Below, piece by piece: positions 34,239 through 46,261 of a stretch of 64,000 nucleotides of DNA. The translations under genes were made by a program, and so were the position numbers. The notes beneath the pieces were generated by a model. The model had not been told where the DNA came from and did no database searches. It was given only the letters and a program-made list of their open reading frames with translations. Position 1 is the stretch's first letter. Every line of letters starts with the position of its first letter. The stretch is from Mobula hypostoma (Eukaryota), in NCBI RefSeq assembly GCF_963921235.1, contig NC_086097.1, forward strand, positions 132,744,001 to 132,808,000. Reading direction: 5' to 3'.

Positions 34239-37200
34239 TGTCAGGAAATGTAGAGGAAGCTTGACCCAAAAGCAGAGCAGCAGAGATGATTCAGCAATGA
34301 GCGATAACTTTAATAATCACTTACAAAGTAACAAGCCAGGAGGAGCTTGACACAAAAGAAAAGATACTAAACTCACAGGCAACAAAGTAACTAAAATCTC
34401 AGAGCAACATACTAAGGTTGGCTGGTTTGATGACTGAAAAAGGATTATGGATGAGAGCTGGGTTTAAGAGAAGAGAAGATGGCGGCGCGATGCAGTGTGC
34501 AGCAGCCACTCTGGTGATGAATACCTGTTATTTTTCAAGTAGGATGCTGTGCACATTCCTGATTTGATGGAGGCAGACGTGAGAAGCATGGAGGAACACC
34601 TATTGAAACTTCTGAAATGCCTGTTTTTCTGCCGCTGCTATTATGCGATCCAGAATCTCCGGAGGGGAAAGCCCCGAGTCCTCGGCTTTGCCTGTTGCTC
34701 GGTAGCCAGGGCGGGGTCAAAGCGCTTGGCAGAGATGGTGTTTGGTGTCGGAGGCTCGAAGTTTTCGGGCGGACTCAGAGTCGGCTGTGGTCGGGTGCTT
34801 CCAGGGTGCTGCGTCGGCAAGTTTGCAGCGCTGGAGGTTCATGGCAGGGAGAGTTTCTCCCTTCTACTGTCTGCGTGAGATGATGGGGCTATTGGGACTT
34901 CGAGATTTTTTTTTTACTGTGCCCGTGGTCTGCTCTTTATCAAATTACGGTATTGCTTTGCACTGTTGTAACTATATGTTATAATTATGTGTTTTTTGTC
35001 AGTTTTAGTCTTGGTCTGTCTTGTGTTTCTGTGATATCATACTGGAGGAACATTGTATCATTTCTTAATGCACGCATTTCTAAATGACAATAAAAGAGGA
35101 CTGAGTATCCTCATAATCTAAAATAGGCTGCAGGTAATGAGTTGGCAATGAGTGTCAGGTGACTCCTGACAGCTGGGTGGAGACTGGGAGCACCTAAATG
35201 TGCAGGCCTGACAAGACTCACCCCCTCCCCCACCCCTACAGCCAGTTCCCAACAGCCCAGGATGATCCAAATTGGTCGAGTGGAACTCCTTGATGAATGA
35301 TGGATCGAAGATATAACTGGACGGCACCCAAGTTCATTCCTGTAGGCCGTACCCTTCAGAATCAACCAGGTAATGCACATGGTGATGTGAATCCATCAAA
35401 TGGCCAAGAGAGTATAATGGACCAACTTCCATCATCCTACATTCTGGAGGAGCAGGCACTAGTGGATTCAATGGTCCATGAGCAACAGGCTTGCGGCAGG
35501 ACAAGAGGAAGATAGGTGTGACCTGAGGAATAGTGGCAGCTGAAAATAGTAGGTGACTGGATTGATGCGATTGGTAATCTTGAAGGGACCAATGAACCGG
35601 GGCAAAAGTTTGTAGGAGTTGGTGTGAAGGGGTAGTCTCAGGTAGACCGCCAGACAGTCCCAGGCCATGCAGTAGGCACAGTTTTTCAGCTAGGATGGCC
35701 TTCCATGCCCTCCACCAAGCATTCCAGTGGCAGCAAATCAGGGCCAGGGCTCTGGCAGATGAGACCTCCATTTGCTCCTCCGTGGGGAACAACAGGGGTT
35801 GGTAGCCATGAAGTGATTCAAAGGGTGGCCCACCCATGGCAGAGGAGGTGTGTAGATTGTGGGACAGCTCCTGTGGAAGGGTTAGAAGCAGGGAAGCATT
35901 GCGGAAACTTCTCCCCTTGCTAACTGGCTCTTTCTGATTGTCCATTGGTCTGCAGATGATAGCCAGAGGACAAACTCACTGAGATGCAGAGGAAGGAGCA
36001 GAAGACTCACTAGAACCAGAAAACAAATTGTGGGCCCGGTTCAACACAATGTCCTGGAGGAAGCTGTGGAGGTGAGCGACATGTTGGAGAACTATTCTGT
36101 GATCTCAGCAGCCGATGGAGGTTTGGGGAGAGCAATGAATCAGACCACCTTGGAGAATCAGTCCACCACTGTCATGATCACCATCACCCCATCAGAAGTT
36201 GGTAAACCCATGATGAAATCCATGGTGATCTGGGACCATGGGCATTGAGTGACCGGCCGGGGCCCAGAGGGCTGCTGGAGGTAGGAATTGGACTGGACAC
36301 ATTGACGGAAGGCAGCAACAAACTGACTTACATTTGCAATTGTGGTTGGTTACCAGAAGTGGCATCGCACAAAATCCAGAGTCCGTCGTGAGCTAGAAGG
36401 CCAGTGAGAGTTGAGGAGTGGACTCACTGGAGTGCCACGGAATGCACACTGTTGTCAAGTGTGTTGGCTGGAGCTAGCACGTGCTGTAGGGTCAGGCAGA
36501 TCTGATTCTCAAGCTCTCAAATAATCGGGGTGAGGAACTGGGAGGATGGAATGATGGGCTGCGTCAAACTGTCGTAGTGGGGCATCTGTCTTAGTGTTCT
36601 TGGGGATGGGTTGACAGGAGATGACAAAGTTGAATTGCTTGAAGGAGAAGGCCCAGCAAGTCTGACGTGGATTGAATAGACGGGTTCTGGTGGTCAGTCC
36701 AGGTCATCACATGATGTGATCATTCCGCCATGGTCTATTTGATGGTGAATAGCTCCCTGTCTCCTACTCTAGGTGTTGAGAAAGGTACAAGGGTGTGTCT
36801 TCACGTCCACTCCTCACTGGGAGAGGATGGCTCCAGAGTCCACATCAGATGTGTCCACCTCTGCCATAAAAGGTCTGGAGGGGTTGTGATAGCGGAGAAT
36901 AGGAGCAGTGGTGAAGCATCTCTTAATCATCTTGACAGTGTGGCCCATGGCAGCAGATCAGATTATCCATGAGGTAGGTGACTTGGTGAGGGACTGAGAA
37001 GACTGGTGATTTTGCTGAAGTTTCTGATGATAGAAGTTGGAGAGGAAGTACTGTAGCTGTTTGACAGCCCATTCAGGGCCGTTCAATCATGCACTTTTTC
37101 TGGGTCCATAGTTATGCCTAGGGGTGAAAGGCTGTAACCCTGGATGGAAATGACTGGGGTGTAGACCTGGCATTTTTCTAACTTGTGGTACAGTTAGTTT

Positions 37201-38655
37201 TCGAGGAGACACTGAAAGACTGATCTGCAGTGACTGATGTGGTCTTGGGTGTCCTTGGAGAAGATGAGGTTATCATTGAGTTTGATGAACACATGCCTGT
37301 GGAACTCATTGATAAAGGCCTGTAAAACTGCTGGACTGCTGGAAAGTCCAAAAGGCATCACCAAGTATTCATAGTGACCAGTGCATGTCACGAACACCGT
37401 CTTCCACTCATTCCCTGGCAGATGCAGGTCCGGCTGTATGCTCCCTGTTGGTAAAGATATGGGTCCTGCGGAGTGTTTCAAATGCACTATCCATTAAGGA
37501 GAGATGGTAGTGGTTCTTAACAGTAATTTTCTTGCATCCACAATAGTCAATGCAGGGATGAAGACTCCCATCTATCCTCTTGACAAAGAAGAATCCTACA
37601 CCAGCTGGGGACTGAAATTGTCGAATGAAACCATGCTGTTGTTTTTCAGTGATGTAGGCATACACAACTTGGGTTTCAAGAGGGTAGGGGGGAACAGACA
37701 ACCTCGGTGGGAGAAGGGTGAGGTGTGGTGCCTGATAGAAGTTCAATCGTGCAGTCACGTGGTCTGTGAGGTGTAGGGTGTTGGCTTCCCTTCTACTGAA
37801 AGTGATGTCTAAGTCGTGCTATTCCTGTGGGAGTTCGGTGAGGTTGGGTATTTTCTCTGTCTCCATGGACATATGGGGTGAGGTCAAAAGAGGTTGCAGG
37901 CAGCTGGGTCCCCAACTCAACAGTAAATTGGATGCCCAGGCAAAGTGAGGGTGATGACTGGAGAGCCAGGTGTAACCCAAGGTGAGAGGAGTGTTGCGTG
38001 AGTCGCTAAAGAGGAATTGGATGGACTCGCAGTGTGCTCTGATGCTCATGTGCACAAACCGTGTGCGCATTCTGACCACCCAAAACCCCAAAGGATATCC
38101 GTCAATGGTTGTAATGCAGACGGGGTGAGACATAGACTTGGTGCAGAGTCCAAGCTGCACACACAGAGCCCAGTCCAGAAAGTTGCCTGATGCACTGGGA
38201 ATCCACCAGCTTTGAGTGCGTAGAGCCATTGGAGTGTGGAGGAGAACAGACAAAGTGAGTCGGGCTGTGGTGCTGCATTGAGAGGCTGTGGGGAGCTTAC
38301 CAGTTAGAAGGCCCCTCATCTCTACCTGGTGGTCCTGTTTCCCGGACGCAGTGGGCCCTTGATGCGTGGGTGATCGGTGTCTCTGCAGCAAGTGCACAGG
38401 TTGTTTCTCCACTGGTTATTTCGCTCATGGGAGAGGGTGGTGGATGGTTAAGGGAGCTCAGCCTAACTGATGGGCTCTGGATGCAGTATTGATGAGGGTC
38501 CTGCAGCCTGAAATGGCTCTGGGAATGGAACTGGAGTTCTGGCTGGTGATCTGGATGATCTTTCCATGAGACGCTTGTCAATTCGGAGGGCCAGATTGAT
38601 GAGGCTTTCAAGATTGGTGGGCATCTCCCCCCATAAAAGAATCCATTCACACAAA
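34239..38655 (-). mobile_element. Chromodomain-bearing Gypsy (chromovirus, sushi-like), 5'-truncated, with 3' LTR
   Basis: LTR 34239-35213 with perfect TGTCAGG/CCTGACA termini; PPT reverse at ~35220-35237; chromodomain YLVDSEGYG..PSSYIFDPSFIKEFH; GPY/F motif PRFIGPF; RT GFFFVKR.DGSLHPCIDY, GHYEYLVMPFGL; PR SGNFLD; gag LESLINLALRID. Confidence 0.92.
34468..35119 (+). mobile_element. Non-autonomous ~650-bp Rex1-type element, copy 2, inside the chromovirus LTR
   Basis: Starts gagaagagAAGATGGCGGCG; same body and gaggactgagtatcctcataatct end as 5219-5901; splits the host gggtttaa/aataggc. Confidence 0.88.
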
Positions 38656-39069
38656 TTCCTAGTCTATTAATGTTCCAGATTGCTACTGTCCCAGTAGCAA
38701 ATAGCATTGCTAAAATCATCTATTATTTAGCTTGGAGAATTAATCTTGTCTAATTATGTTGACTGTATTGATATTAAGATACAAATTGAATATCATTGGC
38801 TGTTACCCATTATCATGCAGAGAGAATAGACTAACTAATACCAGACAGCTAGTTGAGATAAATGGGTCATTTTCAGGCTGGCAGTCTGTAACAATATAGT
38901 GCTGCAGGAAGCAGAGCTGGAGCCCCAAGCATTTATGAGTCTATATTAGTGGATTTAGATGAAGAGACCAAATATGTTGATGACATACGTTGGAGAAAGG
39001 TGTGCATGGTTGTTTTGATTCTGCAAAGAGACAAATAGATTAAGCAAGTTGCCAAATGAAAGTTTTAAA

Positions 39070-39260
39070 AAATTGGAGTTGCTGGACACCTAAAATAAAG
39101 GACTGAAAATTGCTGTATGTACTCAGCCGATCAAGCCTCGTCTCCGGGAAGAGAAACGAAGTCAATATTTCAGGTTGCAGACCCTTTGTCGGTTTCAGAA
39201 GGAATAGGTTAGAGGATGAGAGGGGAGTGGAAAGTCAAGGTGGTCAGTGTCACATCAGCA
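39070..39260 (-). mobile_element. Penelope terminal remnant
   Basis: actcagccgatcaagc...gtcaatatttcaggttgcagaccctttgtc resembles the other Penelope ends. Confidence 0.55.
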
Positions 39261-39639
39261 GTTAGAAACGAACAGATCCAGAGATAGCAATTGGGCCAGA
39301 GTGTGGTGTCCAAGTGGATCGGGAGTACTAAAGACAGGTAAAAGGCCCCACAGCTTGACGTAAAGGCTCCAGATCAATTTTTGTAAGGGCGCAAGATCAA
39401 GTACAAGAAGAGGAGGCCTAAAAATGCCCCATTTATCTTGACTAACTGTCTGGTGTTAGTTAGCCAATTCTCTATCCTTGGTAATGGATAACAGCCAATG
39501 ATATTCAATTTGTATCTTTATATCAATATGGTTAACATAATTAGAAAAATTAGTCAATATCATATTGGTAGCTAGTAATTTTCATTACTAACTGCCAGTA
39601 CAACATGGAATATTTTGGTTTCCCTTTTCTCTCTTCTAC

Positions 39640-40100
39640 CTTCTGGGAGAAGATACAGGAGCTTGAAAGCCTAGTCAACAAGACCCATGAACATAAGAAC
39701 ATAAGAAATAGGAGCGGGGAAGCCCATCCGGCCCATCGAGCCTGCTCCACCATTCAATAAGATCATGGTTGATCTGATCACGGACTCATCTCCACCTACC
39801 TGCCTTTTCTCCATAACCCTTAATTCCCCTACTATGCAAATAGAACAGCTCCTTCCTCAGTGCTATCAGACACTTGGATCAATCTCCTCTTTTGTATTCC
39901 CTTCTCATGCCATATCCTTGAACCCTTAATCCTACTTCTACCATATTTATCACTTTAGCATTTTTTTTTGCATTATCTCAGTTTCCACTTTGCTCTGTAC
40001 TTTGACCCATTCTATTGTTTTGTGCTATTTTTCTCTGTAAGCTTCCCACGAGTAAGGAATTTCATTGCACCCTGGTATATATGACGGAATCTGAATCTGG
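39640..40100 (+). mobile_element. Rex1 3' remnant interrupted by a CR1 3' end (39689-39840, minus)
   Basis: gggagaagatacaggagcttgaa..., (GAATCT)n end; the insert starts with (GAACATAA)n and resembles 63283-63425. Confidence 0.7.
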
Positions 40101-40984
40101 CCAAAAGGGGTACTGAGCCTTAGTTCTGTTTCTCTTCCCACGGTTGTATCCTGACCTGCTGAGTATTTCCAACTTTCTTTTATATTAATGAAGGGACAGA
40201 ATATGGTGTGGCCCAATGTGTTGATGATACAGAGCTAGGTTGTGTAGGCAAGCTGCAATTCTGCGAAGAGGTGTAGATAAATTGAGTAATCACATGAAAA
40301 ATCTAACAAAATATGCTAAAGTGACAATAATGGAAGAGATAGAACTAAGGGTTTGAGAATGTGGCAGCACCACTGCGAAAGGGATATGAAAGAGGTGATT
40401 GGTTCAGAAGTCTGATAGCTGTGAGGTAGAAGCTGTTCTTGTCATCCAGGCTTTCCAGCTCCTGTATCTTCCACCAAAGATAAAATGGAATGGCCAGAGT
40501 GGTTGGCATCCTTGATGATACTGTTGGCTTTCCTGATGCAGTGCACCCTAAGTATGGACTGGATGGAAGGAAGTGATGAGCTGTGATCTTAGGGATTTTA
40601 GTAGCTTCAACAGTGCCCCTACGATCCAGCCGGGTTGTGGGATCTGTAACCATAACTGTAGTGGAGTCAAGAGTCAGAAAGGGAAATAGATCTGAATTCA
40701 ACACCATCTATTTTCTTATTGCATGGTAGAGCAGATTAAGTAACCATATGCTCTTCTCCTGCTCTTGTTTATTATGTTGTTAGATGTATTTATATTGATA
40801 TTGATATATGTCCAATATTCTACACCAGTTGTATTACTTCTGAGGTGGTACTACCATCGAAAGGAGCTGATTGGGTACCGCCCTTGTCAGATTCAGAGTG
40901 ACAAATGAAGAGTCCGAAGTGGCAAACAGTCTTACTGATATTGATGGATGAAGTGACTGGGAGTGAATTTGGCAACAGGGGGGA

Positions 40985-41860
40985 TCTCAATGGGTCAGGA
41001 GGCATCTCTAGATGGACAGTCAATGTTTTGGGTTGAGACTCTTTGTCAGGTCTCAAAGAGATACTGTAGGTTTATAGCCAGTATAAGAGGTGTTGTAGGG
41101 GAGAGGTAGAACAAGAACTAGCAAGCAATAAGTAGATTCAAGAGAACAGGAGTTGATTGGCAGATGGAATCAGGTGGGGGAAGGATGGCTGTGAAATGGT
41201 TGATGGATGCGAGAAAAAGTGGAGGAATCTGATAGGAAAGGAAGGTGGAGCATGGAACAAAACTAAGAGGTGAGAGGGCAGCTGGGAGCAATGAGGGAGG
41301 AGTGTGTGAATGATGGGCCGACGGAATAGATGAAGGAGAAGAAAGAAGCTGAATGAAAGGGGGTGAGGGATTGTTGGAAAGAAGGGTGCACATGAGAGGG
41401 CCTGGGTAGATCTGAAGGAGAGAGAAAGGGAAAGAAGTTTTCACATGAAAACCGAAAATTCAACATTCACGTGGTTGTGCTGTAAACTATCCAATCTCTG
41501 TTCATCATAGCCTTCTGGACCTCCCAGTTGCTAGCCATTTTAATTCTTCTCCCCAGTCCCACACCAACATGTCGGTCCTCAGTCTCCTTCACTGCCAGGG
41601 TAAGGTCAAACGCAAACAAAAGGAACGTATTCTGCCTAAGTAGACTCCAACCCAACAGCATTGACGAAGGGTCTCGGCCTGAAACGTCGACTGTACCTCT
41701 TCCTAGAGATGCTGCTTGGCCTGCTGCGTTCACCAGCAACTTTGATGTGTGTTGCTTGAATTTCCAGCATCTGCAGAATTCCTGTTGTTAGCATGAATAT
41801 TGAATTCTCTACTTTCAGACAACCTGCTCTGCCACTGTCTCCTTCTCTCTCTTTCTGTGT
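40985..41860. mobile_element. Penelope-like element with inverted arms (40985-41495 minus; 41500-41860 plus)
   Basis: Both arms carry the same C-terminal block (LGSLQP.GMNIEFS-like) in opposite orientation; plus arm has LPVASHFNS. Confidence 0.7.
41662..41789 (+). mobile_element. 128-bp Penelope terminal fragment carrying a hammerhead-like core
   Basis: TGACGA-AGGGTCTCGGCCT-GAAAC-GTC; flanked by AGCAT (41657-41661 / 41790-41794). Confidence 0.8.
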
Positions 41861-44593
41861 CTGCTGTAGTATTGTAGGATAATGTAATTGGTGAAGGCGT
41901 ACATAATTCACAACCACCGACATTGAGTTGGGGTTCACTTTAAGAGGCAGGCCTGACATGAAGATATAATTACATAATGGTTTTTAGTGCACTTTGTGTT
42001 TGGGTTTTAAAGTTCAATAAAATGAGTTACGCATTTCATTAAACATAAAACATATCACTTTGTTTTATTTGCGAAAACCTACATTGGTGACCCCAATGGA
42101 CTAGGATGATTCCTGAGTTATTGAACATGTCGGCCAACACAGTCACTTTGAAACTGATGGAGTTTTGAGAGCAAAATGCCATTGTTTGGTTTGTACGCGC
42201 CGAGGCCCAAACGGCGCTGTAAGAAATCATCACCAATGACACCAATTTTTTTTTAATGTGGTAGTGTCGCTCAATAATTCCATGGCTGAGAGAGTGGTGA
42301 GTCTACTAGAACACCCACCTGAATACATTAAACTCTGATCGCTGAAAACTCACCTTTTACAGACTTTTGGTCTATAGGAGTCTGAACACGCCAAACAGTT
42401 GCTCTGTTTGCCCAGCCTGGGTGATGCTAAGCCGTTGGTGCAAGTGGACCACATGCTGTCCTCCTGGGAAATCACCATCCCTACTTTATTCTTAAATAAC
42501 TCTTCATGCTGCAAATGCCTGATCAAGTTCACATAGCCCTCGCTAATGCACCTGTGAAGGATGATATGGATCTTACTAAAATGGCTGCTAGCCAGGCAGT
42601 TGTGCACCATTTCTCCTATTTTCTCTGCCTCGGTAAGCCCAGTCAGCAAGGCCTTGAACATATGGACACCCATGGATTTGAAACAGATGACACCAGCTCT
42701 GTGTTTTTACTATGCTCACTTTGGTAGGAATGTTAGGAAGTGCCGACCACCTTGCAGCTTCGATAGAGTCAGCACATCGGGACATCAGAGGTCTGTGTAC
42801 ACCATGGGCTCCAGCAGCGAGGGTGGCCATTTCACTGCATTTATTAACCCAAAACCCATTCTGCATGCGATGGTGAAAATATCAGACCCTTGGTCTGCAG
42901 GGCAGCAAAGCCAACTGGCCTACATATCAGAGTTCACAAGTGATATGAGATATGTCAAAGGGAAAAATAATGCCATAGCTGATTGTCTTTCACGGCAGCC
43001 ATTGATGCCATACATATAAGGGTCGACTGAGGCAGCATAGCAGCCAACCAAGCTACTGATCCAGAGGTTCAGGCTTACTGAATAGCAGTCATGGGCCTGT
43101 GGCTGGCTGACATTAAGTTTGCGGAAGCTGGGGTTTCTCTCCTGTGCAATATCTCAGCCAGTCACCCTCATCCCCTAGTGCCTGCAAACTGGAGGCAGAC
43201 TGTTTTTGACTCCACACATGGCCTCTCGCATCCAGGCCAGAAGGCTTCATAGAAACAAAATGCTCTAAAGTTTGTGTGCCACAGCCTTAGAAGGGGTTTG
43301 AGTGATTGGACTGCAGCCTGTGTAGAGTGCCACCATGCAAAACTTAGCCATTATGTTCAGGAGCCAGTGGCACCTTTTGAGCTCCCTGAGCAACAGTCTG
43401 ACCACGCCAATATAGATCTTGTTGGTCTTTTTCCCCCTCCTGCGGTTTCACGCACTTCCTTGCCATAGTGGATTGTATCACCAGGTGGCCAGAGGTTGTC
43501 CCTCTAGCATCAACTTCAGCCACAGGTGTGGCTCAGGCGTTCATCAGTACCTGGGATGCTCAGTTTGTCAACCCATCTGATATTTCCTCCGACCGTGGTC
43601 CCCAACTCATATCAGATCTCTGGGCTGCGATGGCCCAGAACCTTGGCATTAGACTACATCACACCACGGCGTATCACCCACAGTCCAACAGCCTATGCAA
43701 GTGGTTTCACTGATCCTTAAAAGCTGCTGTGAGGGCCTCCCCTGACAATGAGTGTTAGCATGACCATCTCCCATGGGTCCTGCTGGGGCTCAGAACAGCT
43801 CCAAAAGAGGACCCGCAGTCATTCACGGCTGATATACAGGCAGCCAATACAAGTGCCATGGCTGCCTAGTATTCTTGACGCCATGACTACCTAGTTTTCC
43901 TCTCAGCAGCGTTCTGCTCTCCTCAGTAAATTCAATTCCTTTGCATCTATTCCTACCTCCCTTCATGGCGTACAGCACTCTCGGATTCCTGTTGACCAAC
44001 ATTCAGCCTCGTTTGATTTTATCCACCATGATGCACACAAGCATCCCCTTAGGCCCCCTTAAGATGAAACGTCTTGTGTTTTGGAACGGAGAGAAAGTAG
44101 GTAAGAGGGGTAACCTGAATGTGTTCCAGTAGTTTACCTTAAACCGGCCCAGCATGTTTTGGAGGATTCCACTAGCAGGCCCCTGCCGTCATGACATGAC
44201 CATGAGCATGTCAACACACCTCTGGACGAGCCAGAGGCAATTGCTGTTCCTCCACTCATGGATCACATGGAACACAGGACCTGAGCTAGACGGATTGACT
44301 GACCTCCTGACAGGTACACAATGACGGTTTTAGAGAACTCTGGGGGAGGCTGTGCCGTGCAACGTAATTGGTGGAAATGTATTCACAACATCCAAACATG
44401 GAGTTGAGGTTCACCTAAAGAGGCAGGTCTGACGTGATGATGTAATTATATAAAGTGTTTTTAGCAGACTTTGCCTTCAGGCTTTGGCGCTCAATAAAAT
44501 GTGTTACAGTCCTTTTCTGAGACATAAGGACTTAGACAGGAGGACTTAAGAAGGACTTAGACAGATTAAGAGAATAGGCAAGAAAGTGGCAAA

Positions 44594-45468
44594 TCATAGA
44601 ATCATAGAAATCTACAGCACATTCCAGGCCCTTCGACCGATTACGTAATCCATTCCATAAACTACCTATAATTACCCTACTGCATAACCCTCTATATTTC
44701 TAAGCTCCATGTACCTGAGAGTTTCTTAAAAGACCCTATTGTATCCACCTCTACCGCTGTCACTGGCAATGCATTCCACACACCCACCACTTTGTGTAAA
44801 AAGTTACCTCTGACAGCCCCCTTGTACCTACTTCCAAGCACCTTAAAACTATGCCCTCTCACGTGAGCCATTTCAGCCCTGGGAGAAAACCTTTGGCTAT
44901 CCACACAGCCAATGCCTCTCATCATCTTATACACCTCAATCAGGTCACCTCTCATCCTCAATCACTCGAAGGAGAAAAGGCCAAGCTCACTCAACCTATT
45001 CCTATAAGGCATGCTCTCCAATCCAGGTAACATCCTTGTAAATCTCCTCTGCACTCACTCTATAGTATCCACATCCTTCCTGTAGTGAGGTAACCAGAAG
45101 TGAACGCCGTACTCCAAGTGGGGTCTAACTAAGGTCTTAAGTAGCTTTAACATTACCTCATGGCTCTTGAACTCAATCCCATGGTTGATGAAGGCCATCG
45201 CACCATACGCCTTCGTAACAACACTGTCAACATGTGCAGCAGCTTTGACTGTCATATGGACATGGACCCCAAGATCTTGCTAATCCTTCACGCTGCCAAG
45301 AGACTTACCATTAATATTATATTCTGTCTTCAAATTTGACCTACCAAAATGAACCACTTCACACTTATCTGGGTTGAACTCCACCTGCCACTTCTCAGCC
45401 CAGTTCTGTATCCTATCAATGACCCATTGTAACCTCCGACAACCCTCCAGACTATCCACAACACCCCC
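44594..45468 (-). mobile_element. CR1 LINE of a different subfamily nested in CR1
   Basis: ORFs NWAEKWQVEFNPDKCEVVHFG, LVRPHLEYGVHFW and RMRGDLIEVYKM; (CATAGAAT)n tail at 44595. Confidence 0.9.
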
Positions 45469-45829
45469 GATGAAATACAATGTTGGAAAATGCATGGTAG
45501 AAGAAATAAGTATGAAGACTATTTTCTAAATGGGAAGAATATCCAAAAATCTGAAGGACTTGGGATTCCTTATTCAGAACACTCTAAAGGTTAACTTGCA
45601 GGTTGAGTCAATGATGAGGAAGGCAAATGCAATGTTAGCATTTATTTCAAGAAGTCTAAAATATAAGAGCAGGGATGTGATGCTGAGGCTTTATAAGGCA
45701 CTGATGAGGCCTCACCTTGAGTAGTGTGAGCAGTTTTGGGCTCCTTATCTAAGAAAAGATATGCTGGCATTGGAGGGGGTTCAGAGGAGGTGCACAAGAA
45801 TGATACCAGGAATGAAAGGGTTATCATAT

Positions 45830-46261
45830 TATATGTTTATCCAGTTATGTTATATGGCTCAGAATGTTGGACAATATCTAGTAACATGGGGAAACGAATT
45901 GGAGCAGCAGAGATGTGGTTTTTGAGGAGGATGCAAAGAATATCATGGATGAAACAAATATCTAACGAGGATGTCATGAACAGAGCAAACACAAAAAGAG
46001 AAATAACGTATCAGATCATGAAAAGGCAACGTAACTTCATTGGACATGTGATTAGGAAAGAGGAGTCAGAATGCATGGTAATTATGGGAAAGATTGAAGG
46101 GAAGAAAGCAAGAGGAGACAAAGACAAATAATGATGGAGACAGCAGCCAGAGAACTGGAAATGAATACCAATGAATTGATCCACTTGACCTGAAACAGGA
46201 GTGTGTGGGCCATGGCAGTCAAAGCTCAAACTGGGCACGGCACCTGATGAACATCATTATC
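45830..46261 (+). mobile_element. RTE LINE 3' end nested in CR1
   Basis: YVYPVMLYGSECWT..AAEMWFLRRMQRISW..FIGHVIR..GKIEGK; (CAT)n tail; TSD ATCATAT (45823-45829 / 46262-46268). Confidence 0.92.
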
